NCBI GenBank assembly: GCA_022771765.1
Contig: JALELN010000043.1
Span: forward strand, 1-51,864
DNA from: Lachnospiraceae bacterium
GTDB lineage: Bacteria; Bacillota; Clostridia; Lachnospirales; Lachnospiraceae
Direction: 5' to 3'
DNA: 51,864 bases
In this document: in pieces, positions 1 to 9,583 of the stretch
Layout of the letters: each line of letters starts with the position of its first letter
Position numbering within the stretch: the first letter of the stretch is position 1
Made by a program: the position numbers and the translations under genes
The notes under the pieces: model-generated
What the model saw: the letters and a program-made list of their open reading frames with translations, nothing else
Database searches by the model: none
What the model was told of the DNA's origin: nothing

Positions 1-404
1 TCCAGATAAACCTGATAACGCCGGTCCTTGTCCGCTTCCGTCGTCGTAAAGCTGCCGTTTAACGCATCATCAATCGTAAAGCCACTCACCGGAAGGCTGT
101 TTGAGCCCAACAGGATCCGCGCATTTGCTTCGTCCTCCGCATTGATCGTAAACACCAGACCATCATTGCTGACCTGATAGGCGATATCATTGTCTGTCAG
201 CAGCTGCTTCACCTCTCCGGCCTGCTTTGTATCCTCGCAGGACGTCAGTTCAATCATCTTCGGGCGTGTCATGATAAACGCTGTCAGTCCGATTGCAATC
301 GCGACGACTGCTACAACACTAACCAGAAGAATCTGCTGTTTTCTGTTGAATTTTTTCCACCAGTCCACGATCCGCTCCCAAAGCTGTCTCAACCGTTCCT
401 GCAT
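1..404 (-). CDS. fliF: Flagellar M-ring protein FliF (N-terminal part, runs off window)
   Basis: Manual translation from ATG at 404: MQERLRQLWERIVDWWKKFNRKQQILLVSVVAVVAIAIGLTAFIM... (N-terminal TM helix); RBS GGGAG; follows fliE. Confidence 0.85.
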   Translation of the reverse strand, partial: MQERLRQLWERIVDWWKKFNRKQQILLVSVVAVVAIAIGLTAFIMTRPKMIELTSCEDTKQAGEVKQLLTDNDIAYQVSNDGLVFTINAEDEANARILLGSNSLPVSGFTIDDALNGSFTTTEADKDRRYQVYL

Positions 405-462
405 GATTTTATCTCCCTTCCAAATGATTCATAAGAGCCCAACTCGATTCCGCTCTGAATGA

Positions 463-768
463 TCACATCTGCATGTTCATGATACTGTTGTATGCTTCCA
501 GTACTTTATCACGCACTGCCACCGTATACGCCAGTGCCGTGTTTGCCTTCTTCTGTGCAATCTGCAGATCATGCGTATTGTCCGCCAGCCCCAGCGCAAA
601 CTGTATTTCCATCGACTCAGCAGTATTCTGCAGCTTGTTTGTCTCATCCAACATACCCAGTGCCGTTGAAAAAATCGAATCAAAGGTACCGTCGCCGTCC
701 ACTTTGTTCTGCTTTGCCGCCTGTGCCACGGCATCAGACTGTATATTGCGAATCGCCGAAATATCCAT
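463..768 (-). CDS. fliE: Flagellar hook-basal body protein FliE
   Basis: C-terminus VRDKVLEAYNSIMNMQM is typical of FliE; lies after flgC. Confidence 0.95.
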   Translation of the reverse strand: MDISAIRNIQSDAVAQAAKQNKVDGDGTFDSIFSTALGMLDETNKLQNTAESMEIQFALGLADNTHDLQIAQKKANTALAYTVAVRDKVLEAYNSIMNMQM

Positions 769-781
769 CTGTTATGCCTCC

Positions 782-1225
782 TTAGCTCTTGCCGATCTGA
801 ATCCCTGCCTGCGCAATGGCCTTGCTTGCCTCAAACGCAGTGGCGTTTGCCTCGTAACCACGGCTGGCATCAATCAGGTTTGTCATCTCTGTCACAATAT
901 TGACATTCGGATATGACACATATCCATTTTCATCCGCATCCGGGTGCGACGGATCATACTCCATAATATAATCACTCGTCGTATCCTCCTTCACAGAGGT
1001 CACCTTCACTCCAGTGCCCTTAAAATTCCTGTACTGCTCCTCAAACATCTCCTGAAACGGCGTGGAACGCTTCTCCGCAAAGGTAACCACCTTCCGGCGA
1101 TAGGGTGTTCCATCCTCCGTGCGGGTTGTATTCACATTCGCAATATTCTGAGCAATAATATCTGTCCGGAAACGCTCTGCGGTCATGCCGGACGCGCTGA
1201 TGTCAAACGACTGAAATAATCCCAT
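782..1225 (-). CDS. flgC: Flagellar basal-body rod protein FlgC
   Basis: ISASGMTAER, NIANVNTT, YDPSHPDADENGYV.YPNVN motifs. Confidence 0.97.
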   Translation of the reverse strand: MGLFQSFDISASGMTAERFRTDIIAQNIANVNTTRTEDGTPYRRKVVTFAEKRSTPFQEMFEEQYRNFKGTGVKVTSVKEDTTSDYIMEYDPSHPDADENGYVSYPNVNIVTEMTNLIDASRGYEANATAFEASKAIAQAGIQIGKS

Positions 1226-1258
1226 ATCCGATACCTCCTGTCTGATTCATCTGATATC

Positions 1259-1657
1259 TTATGAACCGATTGCTGTCTGCAATCTGGTAAACTCCTGTGT
1301 CACGCTGTCTGACAACAGCTCATAACGGATCTGCTCGGAAGCAAGCTCCACGTTCTCCACATCCACATCCACGTTATTGCCATCCAGACGATAATTATAT
1401 CCATAGGCCTGCATGTCAAAATGGACACCCGCATCCAGATGTGACAGATTGACATCATCGATCTTCTCATCCAAAGAATTCCACTTGATTTTGTCCAGTT
1501 CCTGTCGAAGCAGGCTCTCAAAATCTACCTCGCGGCGCTTATATCCGGGGGTGTTTACGTTTGCAAGATTGTTTGTAATGACTGTCTCGCGCAGATTACT
1601 CGCATCTAACGCCTTGTCCAGCACATTAATGTAACTATAAGCATTTGTCTGAATCAT
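1259..1657 (-). CDS. flgB: Flagellar basal-body rod protein FlgB
   Basis: NNLANVNTPGYKR and DGNNVDVD motifs; start moved to MIQTNAY behind an AAGGAG RBS. Confidence 0.95.
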   Translation of the reverse strand: MIQTNAYSYINVLDKALDASNLRETVITNNLANVNTPGYKRREVDFESLLRQELDKIKWNSLDEKIDDVNLSHLDAGVHFDMQAYGYNYRLDGNNVDVDVENVELASEQIRYELLSDSVTQEFTRLQTAIGS

Positions 1658-1757
1658 GAGCCCTGCTCCTTTCATATTGTCAATTTTTTCAATTGTTTGA
1701 TGTAATAAAACAATTTTCGCACGCAAAATACGCGCAGTACACCTACTTACTAGTTCT

Positions 1758-1785
1758 AGTATAAGTTATTTTCCAAAAAACACAA
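1758..1785 (-). promoter_or_regulatory. Putative sigma-A promoter of the flgB operon
   Basis: TTGTGT-16nt-TATACT on the minus strand about 100 nt upstream of flgB. Confidence 0.4.
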
Positions 1786-1862
1786 GACTTTTTTGCGTCT
1801 TTTTACACAATCTTGTACTTTTTGACAGAAGATCTACAAGATGTTGCCACTCTGCTCATCAA

Positions 1863-1892
1863 AAAAGGACTTACTTTACAGTAAATCCTTTT
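1863..1892 (-). terminator. Probable codY terminator
   Basis: Imperfect inverted repeat aaaaggacttact/agtaaatcctttt with A/T tails downstream of codY. Confidence 0.55.
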
Positions 1893-1929
1893 ACTTTCCG
1901 TGCGATTCCCTTCGCCCAGACCACAATAT

Positions 1930-2712
1930 CTAGTTGTTCTGCTGCTCTTTTTTAATCTTGTCCAGTTCATCAAAAACAACATCATTGAGCACCTTGATAT
2001 ACGTTCCGCGCATGCCGGAGGATCTGGATTCGATCACGCCCGCACTCTCAAACTTACGCAGCGCATTGACAATCACCGAGCGGGTGATTCCGACACGATC
2101 TGCGATCTTGCTGGCCACAAGAATCCCCTCTTTGCCGCCAAGCTCATCAAAAATATGTATGATCGCCTCCAGTTCTGAAAAAGACAGTGTCGAAATCGCA
2201 GATTTAACAATCTGTATTTTACGGCTTTCTTCCGCACTCTCCTCATTAACGGACCGCAGCATTTCCAGACCAACAACCGTTGTTCCGTACTCGGTCAGTA
2301 TAATGTCATCAATATCATAATTCTGCTCTGTACGATAAACAAACAGCGTACCAAGACGCTCTCCTGCAATGTCAATAGGGGCAATGATGGCGGAATAATT
2401 CTTGATATCGGTCACAAAACCAAGAGTCTCCAGATTTACATTCTCCTTTGTAGACAATATCCCAAGCAGGCGTTCATTCAGCATCGGATCAATAAAGCCC
2501 CCGACCTCATCCACAATCAGTTCGCTCAGTTCTCTTGTGTCAACAGACTGACTGGCGCCAAGCACCTTTCCCTTTTTGCTGATCACCAGTATATTGGAGT
2601 CAAGAATGTCCGTCAGGACTTCGCAGATATCGTTGAAAACGACCTTGGAAGAGTTATTGTTATGCAGCAGCTTATTGATTTTTCTTGTCTTGTCGAGAAG
2701 CTGTACGCTCAT
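1930..2712 (-). CDS. codY: GTP/BCAA-sensing transcriptional repressor CodY
   Basis: LLDKTRKINKLL N-terminus; ASKIADRVGITRSVIVNALRKFESAGVIESRS HTH. Confidence 0.98.
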   Translation of the reverse strand: MSVQLLDKTRKINKLLHNNNSSKVVFNDICEVLTDILDSNILVISKKGKVLGASQSVDTRELSELIVDEVGGFIDPMLNERLLGILSTKENVNLETLGFVTDIKNYSAIIAPIDIAGERLGTLFVYRTEQNYDIDDIILTEYGTTVVGLEMLRSVNEESAEESRKIQIVKSAISTLSFSELEAIIHIFDELGGKEGILVASKIADRVGITRSVIVNALRKFESAGVIESRSSGMRGTYIKVLNDVVFDELDKIKKEQQNN

Positions 2713-2789
2713 AAATAATTACTCCATTTCCTTATTTCATTTTTTCTGCAGAAATCTGCAAAAAATGGATGTATGGAAATCATACACCC

Positions 2790-2804
2790 ATTTTTCTGAA
2801 AATT
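2790..2804. promoter_or_regulatory. CodY box upstream of codY
   Basis: ATTTTTCTGAAAATT, one mismatch to consensus AATTTTCWGAAAATT. Confidence 0.7.
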
Positions 2805-2825
2805 CAACGAAAAATTCAAATATTT

Positions 2826-4910
2826 TTAGTCTTCTTTTGCTTTTACTTCCACATAGCCACACTGCGCATCGGCACAGACAAGCTTGCTGCCTTTTTCAAC
2901 CATATAACCGCCGCAGTTCGGACACTTCTTTGACACCGGCTTTGCCCATGACATGAAATCACATTCAGGATTGTTCTCACATCCATAATAGCGTCTGCCT
3001 TTTTTTGTCTTGCGAAGCACAATGTCCTTTCCGCAAACCGGACATGCCACACCGATCTTTTCCAGATAAGGCTTTGTGTTACGACACTCTGGAAAGCCCG
3101 GACAAGCGAGGAATTTGCCGTGCGGACCATATTTGATGACCATATTACGTCCGCATTCCTCACAGATGACATCCGTTACCTCATCGGCGATCTCCACCTT
3201 CTCCAGTTTCTTTTCCGCTTCCGCGACAGCCTCTTCCAGATCGGGATAAAAATTGCTGATGATTGTCTTCCACTGTACTTTTCCCTCCTCGACCATATCC
3301 AGCAGGGACTCCATGTTTGCGGTAAAATGCTCATCCACAATTGTTCCGAATGCCTCCACCATGATGGAATTCACCGCTTCGCCAAGCTCCGTCATATATA
3401 GATTTTTCTGTTCTTTTGTCACATAACGACGGGCAAGAAGCGTGGTGATCGTCGGCGCGTAGGTACTTGGACGACCGATGCCGTGTTCTTCCAGCGTTTT
3501 TACTAAAGATGCCTCTGTAAAATGCGGAAGCGGCTGTGTAAAATGCTGCTTTGCGTCAATTTCTTTCAACGAGAGCTTTGTCTGCTCATCGATAGATCCA
3601 AGCAATACATTGCCCTCCTCCTTCTCCTCATCATCTGATGTATATACAGACAGGAAGCCCTCAAAGGCAATCTTGGATGCCGATACATGCAGCTGATAGT
3701 CTCCCGCCGCGATCTTGACGGAAGTAGTCTCATAGCGGGCCGGATTCATACGGCTGGCCACAAAACGGTTCCAGATCAGCTGGTAAAGACGGAACTGATC
3801 TCTGGAGAGAGACTCTTTGATCAGCACCGGCATACGTGTAATATCCGTTGGACGAATCGCCTCATGTGCGTCCTGAATTCTGCCCTTCGTCTGATTCTCT
3901 TTCGGAGCATCTGCAGCATATTTTTCTCCATATTTCTCTGAAATATATGCTCTTGCCGCTGAATCAGCCTCATCAGCCACGCGGACAGAATCGGTACGCA
4001 GATAGGTAATAATACCGACCGTTCCCTGCCCTTTGATATCCACGCCTTCATAGAGCTGCTGTGCCAGACGCATCGTCTTCTGCGTGGAGAAATTCAACCG
4101 CTTGGACGCCTCCTGCTGAAGTGTACTGGTTGTAAACGGATAGGGTGCTTTTTTGATGCGTTCACCCTTTTTGATCTCTTTTACATAAAACTGCTCTGTC
4201 TCCAGTTCCTTTTTGACAGACTCAACCTGATCCTTATTTGTAAGTTCCAGCTTTTTCCCATCCTTGCTGTCCAGCTTGGCACAAATCGGTTTTTTCTCTC
4301 CCTCCACATCAAGGGCCGCATCAACCGTCCAGTACTCTTCGGGAATAAATTCATTAATCTCATTTTCCCGGTCACTGATCAGGCGCAATGCAACAGACTG
4401 CACACGTCCGGCGGACAGACCGCGCTTTACCTTGCTCCAGAGCACCGGACTGATCCGGTACCCCACCATACGGTCCAGCATCCGGCGCGCCTGCTGCGCA
4501 TTGACCAGATTCATATCGATCTCCCGCGGATGCTTGAGCGATGCTTTCACCGCGGATTGCGTAATCTCGTTAAAGGTAATGCGATATACTTTTTTATCTT
4601 TTTGGTCCTGCAGTTTCAGGGCATGGTACAAATGCCATGAAATGGCCTCTCCCTCACGGTCCGGGTCAGTTGCAAGATAGATTTTTTCTGCCTTTTTAAC
4701 TTCCTTGCGCAGATTGGCCAAAATATCACCTTTTCCGCGAATTGTAATATATTTGGGTTCAAAATCATTTTCCGGATTGAAACCAAGCTGGCTCTTGGGC
4801 AAATCTCTCACATGTCCGTTGGAGGCTGCCACCTCATAATTTTTTCCCAGAAACTTTTTGATTGTTTTTACCTTTGCAGGCGACTCCACAATAACCAGAT
4901 ATTTTGCCAT
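2826..4910 (-). CDS. topA: DNA topoisomerase I
   Basis: VIVESPAK, ATDPDREGEAI, SAGRVQS, ITYLRTDS motifs; C-terminal Zn ribbons. Confidence 0.98.
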   Translation of the reverse strand: MAKYLVIVESPAKVKTIKKFLGKNYEVAASNGHVRDLPKSQLGFNPENDFEPKYITIRGKGDILANLRKEVKKAEKIYLATDPDREGEAISWHLYHALKLQDQKDKKVYRITFNEITQSAVKASLKHPREIDMNLVNAQQARRMLDRMVGYRISPVLWSKVKRGLSAGRVQSVALRLISDRENEINEFIPEEYWTVDAALDVEGEKKPICAKLDSKDGKKLELTNKDQVESVKKELETEQFYVKEIKKGERIKKAPYPFTTSTLQQEASKRLNFSTQKTMRLAQQLYEGVDIKGQGTVGIITYLRTDSVRVADEADSAARAYISEKYGEKYAADAPKENQTKGRIQDAHEAIRPTDITRMPVLIKESLSRDQFRLYQLIWNRFVASRMNPARYETTSVKIAAGDYQLHVSASKIAFEGFLSVYTSDDEEKEEGNVLLGSIDEQTKLSLKEIDAKQHFTQPLPHFTEASLVKTLEEHGIGRPSTYAPTITTLLARRYVTKEQKNLYMTELGEAVNSIMVEAFGTIVDEHFTANMESLLDMVEEGKVQWKTIISNFYPDLEEAVAEAEKKLEKVEIADEVTDVICEECGRNMVIKYGPHGKFLACPGFPECRNTKPYLEKIGVACPVCGKDIVLRKTKKGRRYYGCENNPECDFMSWAKPVSKKCPNCGGYMVEKGSKLVCADAQCGYVEVKAKED

Positions 4911-4926
4911 TACCCGTTTGTCTCCT

Positions 4927-6000
4927 CTAATTTACAGAAATATAATGATTCTGCCAGGTCTCCTGCACCAGGCCCTTTTCCTCCAAAGAGAACAGTATCT
5001 CTGCCAGAGTCGCGATATCAAGTGCAGTTTCCTCGCTGATCTTCTCCATTGATTTTGGAAGCAAATCAAGGCAACTATACACCAAGCGTTCCGACTTTTC
5101 AAGTGGCAATTTATTTTTTTCGGGTAAAAGATGCAACTCACACACCAGTTCCTCAGGCGAAAGCAAAATGCCGGCACCTTGTCTGATCAGGCGATTACAG
5201 CCCGCGCTTAATGGATCCGTAATCTGTCCGGGTACCGCATAAATATCCTTTCCCTGCTCCAGAGCACAGTCCGCCGTAATGAGTGATCCGCTCTTTTCCT
5301 TTGCTTCTATAATAAGCAAAAGATCACTGAGTCCCGCAATGATCCGGTTGCGCATCGGAAAGAAACCGGGGCGCGGGGGCATGTCCGGTGGGTACTCGGA
5401 CAGGATACCGCCCTGCGCGACAATACGCTCATAAAGCTCGGCATGCTCCGGTGGATAGACCACATTTACCCCGCAGCCCAGAACCGCATAGGTCTTTCCC
5501 CCACCGTCCAGTGCGCCCTCGTGCCCGAAACCATCAATACCGCGTGCCATTCCGCTGATAATCGACACGCCGTTTCCCGCCAGACATTTTCCGGCACGCT
5601 TTGCGATGTCCTTTCCATAGCTGCTGCATGCCCGCCCGCCGACAATACCGACTGACGGTGCCTCATCCGGCGGCAGCTGCCCGATATAATACAGCCCGTA
5701 CGGAGGATCATAAATTTCCCGCAGTCTGCGGGGGTAACACTGCTGTTCCAATGACACAAAAGAGATGCCCCGTGCCAGCAGCCGGTCCCACTCCTGATCC
5801 AGATCCCAGCCCTCTTTGGAATGACTGATGCGCGCGGCAGACTCCTCTGTAATCCCATAGAGCTTTCTCAGCTCACTGCCCGACAGATACCAGACTGCCT
5901 TTGCACTGCCGCAATATTTATACAGCTGGTGAATCGTCTTTGTTCCGATTCCTTTAATATTGGCCAGCCAGTATGCGTATGTCAGATCCTCCACGCTCAC
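4927..6000 (-). CDS. dprA: DNA-processing protein DprA
   Basis: ISGMARGIDG, FPMRNRIIAGLS, KSGSLITA motifs. Confidence 0.96.
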   Translation of the reverse strand: MSVEDLTYAYWLANIKGIGTKTIHQLYKYCGSAKAVWYLSGSELRKLYGITEESAARISHSKEGWDLDQEWDRLLARGISFVSLEQQCYPRRLREIYDPPYGLYYIGQLPPDEAPSVGIVGGRACSSYGKDIAKRAGKCLAGNGVSIISGMARGIDGFGHEGALDGGGKTYAVLGCGVNVVYPPEHAELYERIVAQGGILSEYPPDMPPRPGFFPMRNRIIAGLSDLLLIIEAKEKSGSLITADCALEQGKDIYAVPGQITDPLSAGCNRLIRQGAGILLSPEELVCELHLLPEKNKLPLEKSERLVYSCLDLLPKSMEKISEETALDIATLAEILFSLEEKGLVQETWQNHYISVN

Positions 6001-7520
6001 ACCTCCCAGTATTTCTTGTCGATGCTACGGTAGCAGACCGCTTCCGTCAGGTGTCTGATGGTGATCTGCTCACTTTGTTCAAGATCCGCAATCGTGCGCG
6101 AGAGCTTGATGAGCTTGTGATAGGCCCGGGCAGAGAGATGAAGCTTTTCATACATCCTTTCCATGTAGGCGGTCTCCTTTTTCCCGAGTACACAGTAGGC
6201 TGACAGCTTTGAAACCGGAATCTGACTGTTAAAATACCAGGATTCCTTCTGATAGCGTGTTCTCTGCATTTCCTGTGCCGCCAGCACCCTCGTGCGGATC
6301 TGAGCAGAAGTTTCCCCCTTCTCCTGTCCGGTCAAATCCCGGTATGTGACCGGCTCTGCCTCTGCGCACAAGTCAATCCGGTCCAGAAGCGGCTGACTGA
6401 TGCGCTCGAGATACCGGCGTATCGATGTATTGGCACACCGGCACCTTGTCCGGTCCGGATAGTAGCCGCACTTGCACGGGTTCATGGCGCAGACCAGCAG
6501 GAAATCCGCCGGATAGGTAAAGCTTCCGTTTACGCGGGAAATCGTGATCTTCTTGTCCTCCATGGGCTGTCGCAAAATTTCCAGCGTGCTTTTCTGAAAT
6601 TCCGGCAATTCATCCAGAAATAAAACGCCCCGGTGTGCCAGCGACACCTCACCGGGCTTTGGAACCATGCCGCCACCAGCCAGTCCCTGCGGACTGATTG
6701 TGTGATGCGGTGCGCGAAAGGGTCGATGCTCCATCAGGCCGTCACTGGCATGCAACATCCCACAGACGCTGTATATTTTTGATACCTCCATCCGTTCAGC
6801 AAGTGCCATCGGCGGAAGGATGCCCGGTATGCGCTTTGCGACCATCGTCTTTCCGGCGCCGGGCGGACCGACCATCAACAGATTATGCATCCCGCTCACC
6901 GCAATCTCGCAGGCGCGGCGTAGCATTCTCTGCCCGTTTACATCCGCAAAATCCAGATACTCAGACACCTTCGGGGCAATCGGAAGGCACAGCTTCTCCC
7001 CAGGGTCTTTCGTACCGGAAAAATAATCCATCACAGATCTGATATGATCCGCCGGAAAAATCGTCAGATCTTCCACCAGCGCAGCTTCCATATGGTTGTC
7101 CTTTGGCACAATACACCGCCGGATTCCCAGTTCCTTTGCCTTTAAGAGAATCGGCAACACACCCTCCACTGCAAGGATCGCTCCATTCAGACCGATCTCT
7201 CCGATCACAAGCGTATCCTTCAATGCATCCTCCGGTACAATGCCCAGCGCCGCAAGAATAGCCACCGTAATTGGCAGGTCAAAACCGTTTCCGCTTTTTT
7301 TAATATTGGACGGGGAAAGATTGATCGTAATGCGCTTGGCGGGAAGCTGATGCCCGCAGTTGCGCAATGCTGTGCGCACCCGTTCTCTGGACTCGCGCAC
7401 CTCAGATGCCAGAAAACCCACCATCTCAAATATCGGAAGGCCGTCACTGACGTCCGCCTCCACCGAGACAGGCAGGCTGTCGATTCCGTGTAGAATCGCA
7501 GTTGTTACGATACTGTACAA
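5997..7520 (-). CDS. comM: YifB/ComM Mg-chelatase-like AAA+ ATPase
   Basis: GPPGAGKT, PFRAPHHT, PGEVSLAHRGVLFLDELPEF; 4-nt overlap with dprA. Confidence 0.93.
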   Translation of the reverse strand: MYSIVTTAILHGIDSLPVSVEADVSDGLPIFEMVGFLASEVRESRERVRTALRNCGHQLPAKRITINLSPSNIKKSGNGFDLPITVAILAALGIVPEDALKDTLVIGEIGLNGAILAVEGVLPILLKAKELGIRRCIVPKDNHMEAALVEDLTIFPADHIRSVMDYFSGTKDPGEKLCLPIAPKVSEYLDFADVNGQRMLRRACEIAVSGMHNLLMVGPPGAGKTMVAKRIPGILPPMALAERMEVSKIYSVCGMLHASDGLMEHRPFRAPHHTISPQGLAGGGMVPKPGEVSLAHRGVLFLDELPEFQKSTLEILRQPMEDKKITISRVNGSFTYPADFLLVCAMNPCKCGYYPDRTRCRCANTSIRRYLERISQPLLDRIDLCAEAEPVTYRDLTGQEKGETSAQIRTRVLAAQEMQRTRYQKESWYFNSQIPVSKLSAYCVLGKKETAYMERMYEKLHLSARAYHKLIKLSRTIADLEQSEQITIRHLTEAVCYRSIDKKYWEV

Positions 7521-7567
7521 ATCGTCTCCTCTCTGCGTGCTACGACGGGAATATAAAATGTATACGA

Positions 7568-7608
7568 AAAAAAGATGAAATCATTGTAGCATGGATTTCA
7601 TCTTTTTT
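7568..7608 (-). terminator. Rho-independent terminator after sigK
   Basis: 15-bp perfect inverted repeat aaaaaagatgaaatc/gatttcatctttttt. Confidence 0.75.
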
Positions 7609-7626
7609 AAAGCCCCAGTCAATATT

Positions 7627-8277
7627 TTATTCTTTTTCTGCGAGCGCTTCCTCTCTCCCGGCAAAGCCTTCCCGCAGCCGCTCCAGCGCCCTTTTTTCAA
7701 TGCGGCTGACATAGGAGCGTGAGATACCGATCTGCTGCGCAATCTCCCTCTGTGTCATAGGTGTCCTTTGATCCAGTCCATAGCGCAGGGTAATAATCTG
7801 TAGTTCGCGACCGTGCAGCAGCTCCGGAATCAGTTCCCGGAGCGTGGCAATCCGCCATTTGAGATCCAGTTCCTCCACCACGTCCGGATCCTCACTCTCA
7901 CAAATATCAAGCAGACGGATCTGGTTGCCCTCCTTATCCGTTCCCACCGGCTCATAGAGCGATACTTCCCTGGAGGTCTTCCGTCTGGATCGCAAATACA
8001 TCAGAAGCTCGTTATCGATACAGCGCGCAGCATAAGTCGCAAGCCGGCTCCCGCGCTCATCATTATATGTGGCTACCGCCTTGATCAGTCCGATCGTTCC
8101 GATGGAGATCAGTTCCTCTGTTTCTTCGTCCACATTCTGATACTTTTTGACGATATGTGCCACCAGACGCATATTGCGCTCAACAAGAATGTGTTTAGCT
8201 TCCATGCTCCCGCACTTCATACGTGCAACATATTCCTTTTCCTCCTGCTGCGTCAGAGGCGGCAAAAATGTTTTCAA
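7627..8277 (-). CDS. sigK: Mother-cell sporulation sigma factor SigK (uninterrupted, no pro-peptide)
   Basis: [61 protein letters not shown]; TTG start after GGAGAG. Confidence 0.9.
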   Translation of the reverse strand: MKTFLPPLTQQEEKEYVARMKCGSMEAKHILVERNMRLVAHIVKKYQNVDEETEELISIGTIGLIKAVATYNDERGSRLATYAARCIDNELLMYLRSRRKTSREVSLYEPVGTDKEGNQIRLLDICESEDPDVVEELDLKWRIATLRELIPELLHGRELQIITLRYGLDQRTPMTQREIAQQIGISRSYVSRIEKRALERLREGFAGREEALAEKE

Positions 8278-8313
8278 TCGCTTCTCTCCGATCTATCAAA
8301 GCGAACTTAATAC

Positions 8314-8340
8314 ATTTTATGTCACGGACAGCTTTCTCGT
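8314..8340 (-). promoter_or_regulatory. Putative SigK/SigE-type promoter of sigK
   Basis: AC-17nt-CATAAAAT on the minus strand. Confidence 0.5.
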
Positions 8341-8367
8341 GCCTTTCCCACTTACGGGAGGACCGTA

Positions 8368-8907
8368 TTATTTTTTTAGCACTTCTTTCCTGATATAGCG
8401 GAAAGTTGCATCCTCTCCCTGTTCTGCAAGCATGTGTAACAGCCTTTCCAAAAGCTCCCTCGTTTGCGGATGAAGAATATGAAAATCCCGCTTGCTCATA
8501 TAGTATTCGAGTGGCGAAGCATCCGTATACTTTTCTTTTTTATAAATCTTTGAAGCAGCCACCCGGTCTGCCACCATTTCTGCCACATATTTTTCCGGCA
8601 TACGCATTCCTGCAATGTGGTGGTCACCACGCATGTCATAATCCATCCAATATTCCAGATGGTGCTTGTTGCGGCCCTTATGGTGCAGCCACGCGGAGGA
8701 ATAACCGTATTCTGCCCGTTCGCCGTTATGCGGGCTCTGATCATCCATATAATATTTTGCACCGATCCGAAACTCTGCCCATGAATATTTGGATAAATCA
8801 TGTGTCAGTCCCTGCCAGTAAAGTCCCATACGAAAACAATTTTTTCGCACCTCACGACGATGCGCATGCACAGTTTCCAAATGTTTACATGCTTTTTTAA
8901 ACGACAT
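8368..8907 (-). CDS. DUF5662-like HD-domain protein
   Basis: H..HR, THDLSK, WLHHKGRNKHH, EMVADR pattern of putative metal-binding His/Asp. Confidence 0.7.
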   Translation of the reverse strand: MSFKKACKHLETVHAHRREVRKNCFRMGLYWQGLTHDLSKYSWAEFRIGAKYYMDDQSPHNGERAEYGYSSAWLHHKGRNKHHLEYWMDYDMRGDHHIAGMRMPEKYVAEMVADRVAASKIYKKEKYTDASPLEYYMSKRDFHILHPQTRELLERLLHMLAEQGEDATFRYIRKEVLKK

Positions 8908-9583
8908 AAATTACATACCTCCGAATCAGATACAGCAAAAACAGATGTATCGGATAAAATGCATAAAAAAAATATTTTGCAGACGGACCCTTCTTTCCAT
9001 TGTAAAACCAGATCGGAATGAGTGCCAGCGCACCTGCCCGCTGAATTTCACCATAATAACAAATGTTAATCGCGGCAACAGACAGAAACTGCTCCATTCT
9101 GCGCATTCGGAACAAATAAAAACAGAGAATCATAACGATCCCACCGATTCCATAATCCGGCTTGATGATATAGTGTGTCAAAGCACCGACAACAACCAGC
9201 ACACCAACTGCCTGCAGGAACTGCTCCCGAAATGTTTGCAGCGCATACATACAAATCAATGCAAGCAACAGCGTAAAAAAAATGTTTTGATGATCCTTGT
9301 ATACCAGCGTATTATAACACACAAGATCATAAGGAACCTCGGAGATCAAAGCAAAGAGCAGTAATCTCCCCATATACTTTGTCATGCTTCTCGTGTGTAA
9401 AAATCCCTCCACAACCAAAAAGCCAAAGATTGGAAACGCCAGTCTTCCCACATAACGCATCCACACCTGCGACGGAAACAGGAATGCTCCGATGTGATCG
9501 ACCAGCATGGAAAACACAGCGATACACTTTAAATCAAAGCCAGACAGCCCCCGTCCTGTCATCACAGATCTGTTTTCATCCAT
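8897..9583 (-). CDS. TraX-family integral membrane protein
   Basis: LKCIAVFSMLVDHIG, GRLAFPIF..VEGFLHT, SEVPYD, NIFFTL, YNGKKG, FFYAFYPIH. Confidence 0.85.
   Translation of the reverse strand: MDENRSVMTGRGLSGFDLKCIAVFSMLVDHIGAFLFPSQVWMRYVGRLAFPIFGFLVVEGFLHTRSMTKYMGRLLLFALISEVPYDLVCYNTLVYKDHQNIFFTLLLALICMYALQTFREQFLQAVGVLVVVGALTHYIIKPDYGIGGIVMILCFYLFRMRRMEQFLSVAAINICYYGEIQRAGALALIPIWFYNGKKGPSAKYFFYAFYPIHLFLLYLIRRYVIYVV

Noticed and set aside
1658-1929. c-di-GMP riboswitch or invertible flagellar switch as in C. difficile
   Set aside because: No recognisable GEMM motif, no long flanking inverted repeats and no recombinase nearby
8897-9583. TraX as a marker of a conjugative element
   Set aside because: No relaxase, T4SS, integrase or att-like repeats; the gene is embedded in chromosomal context
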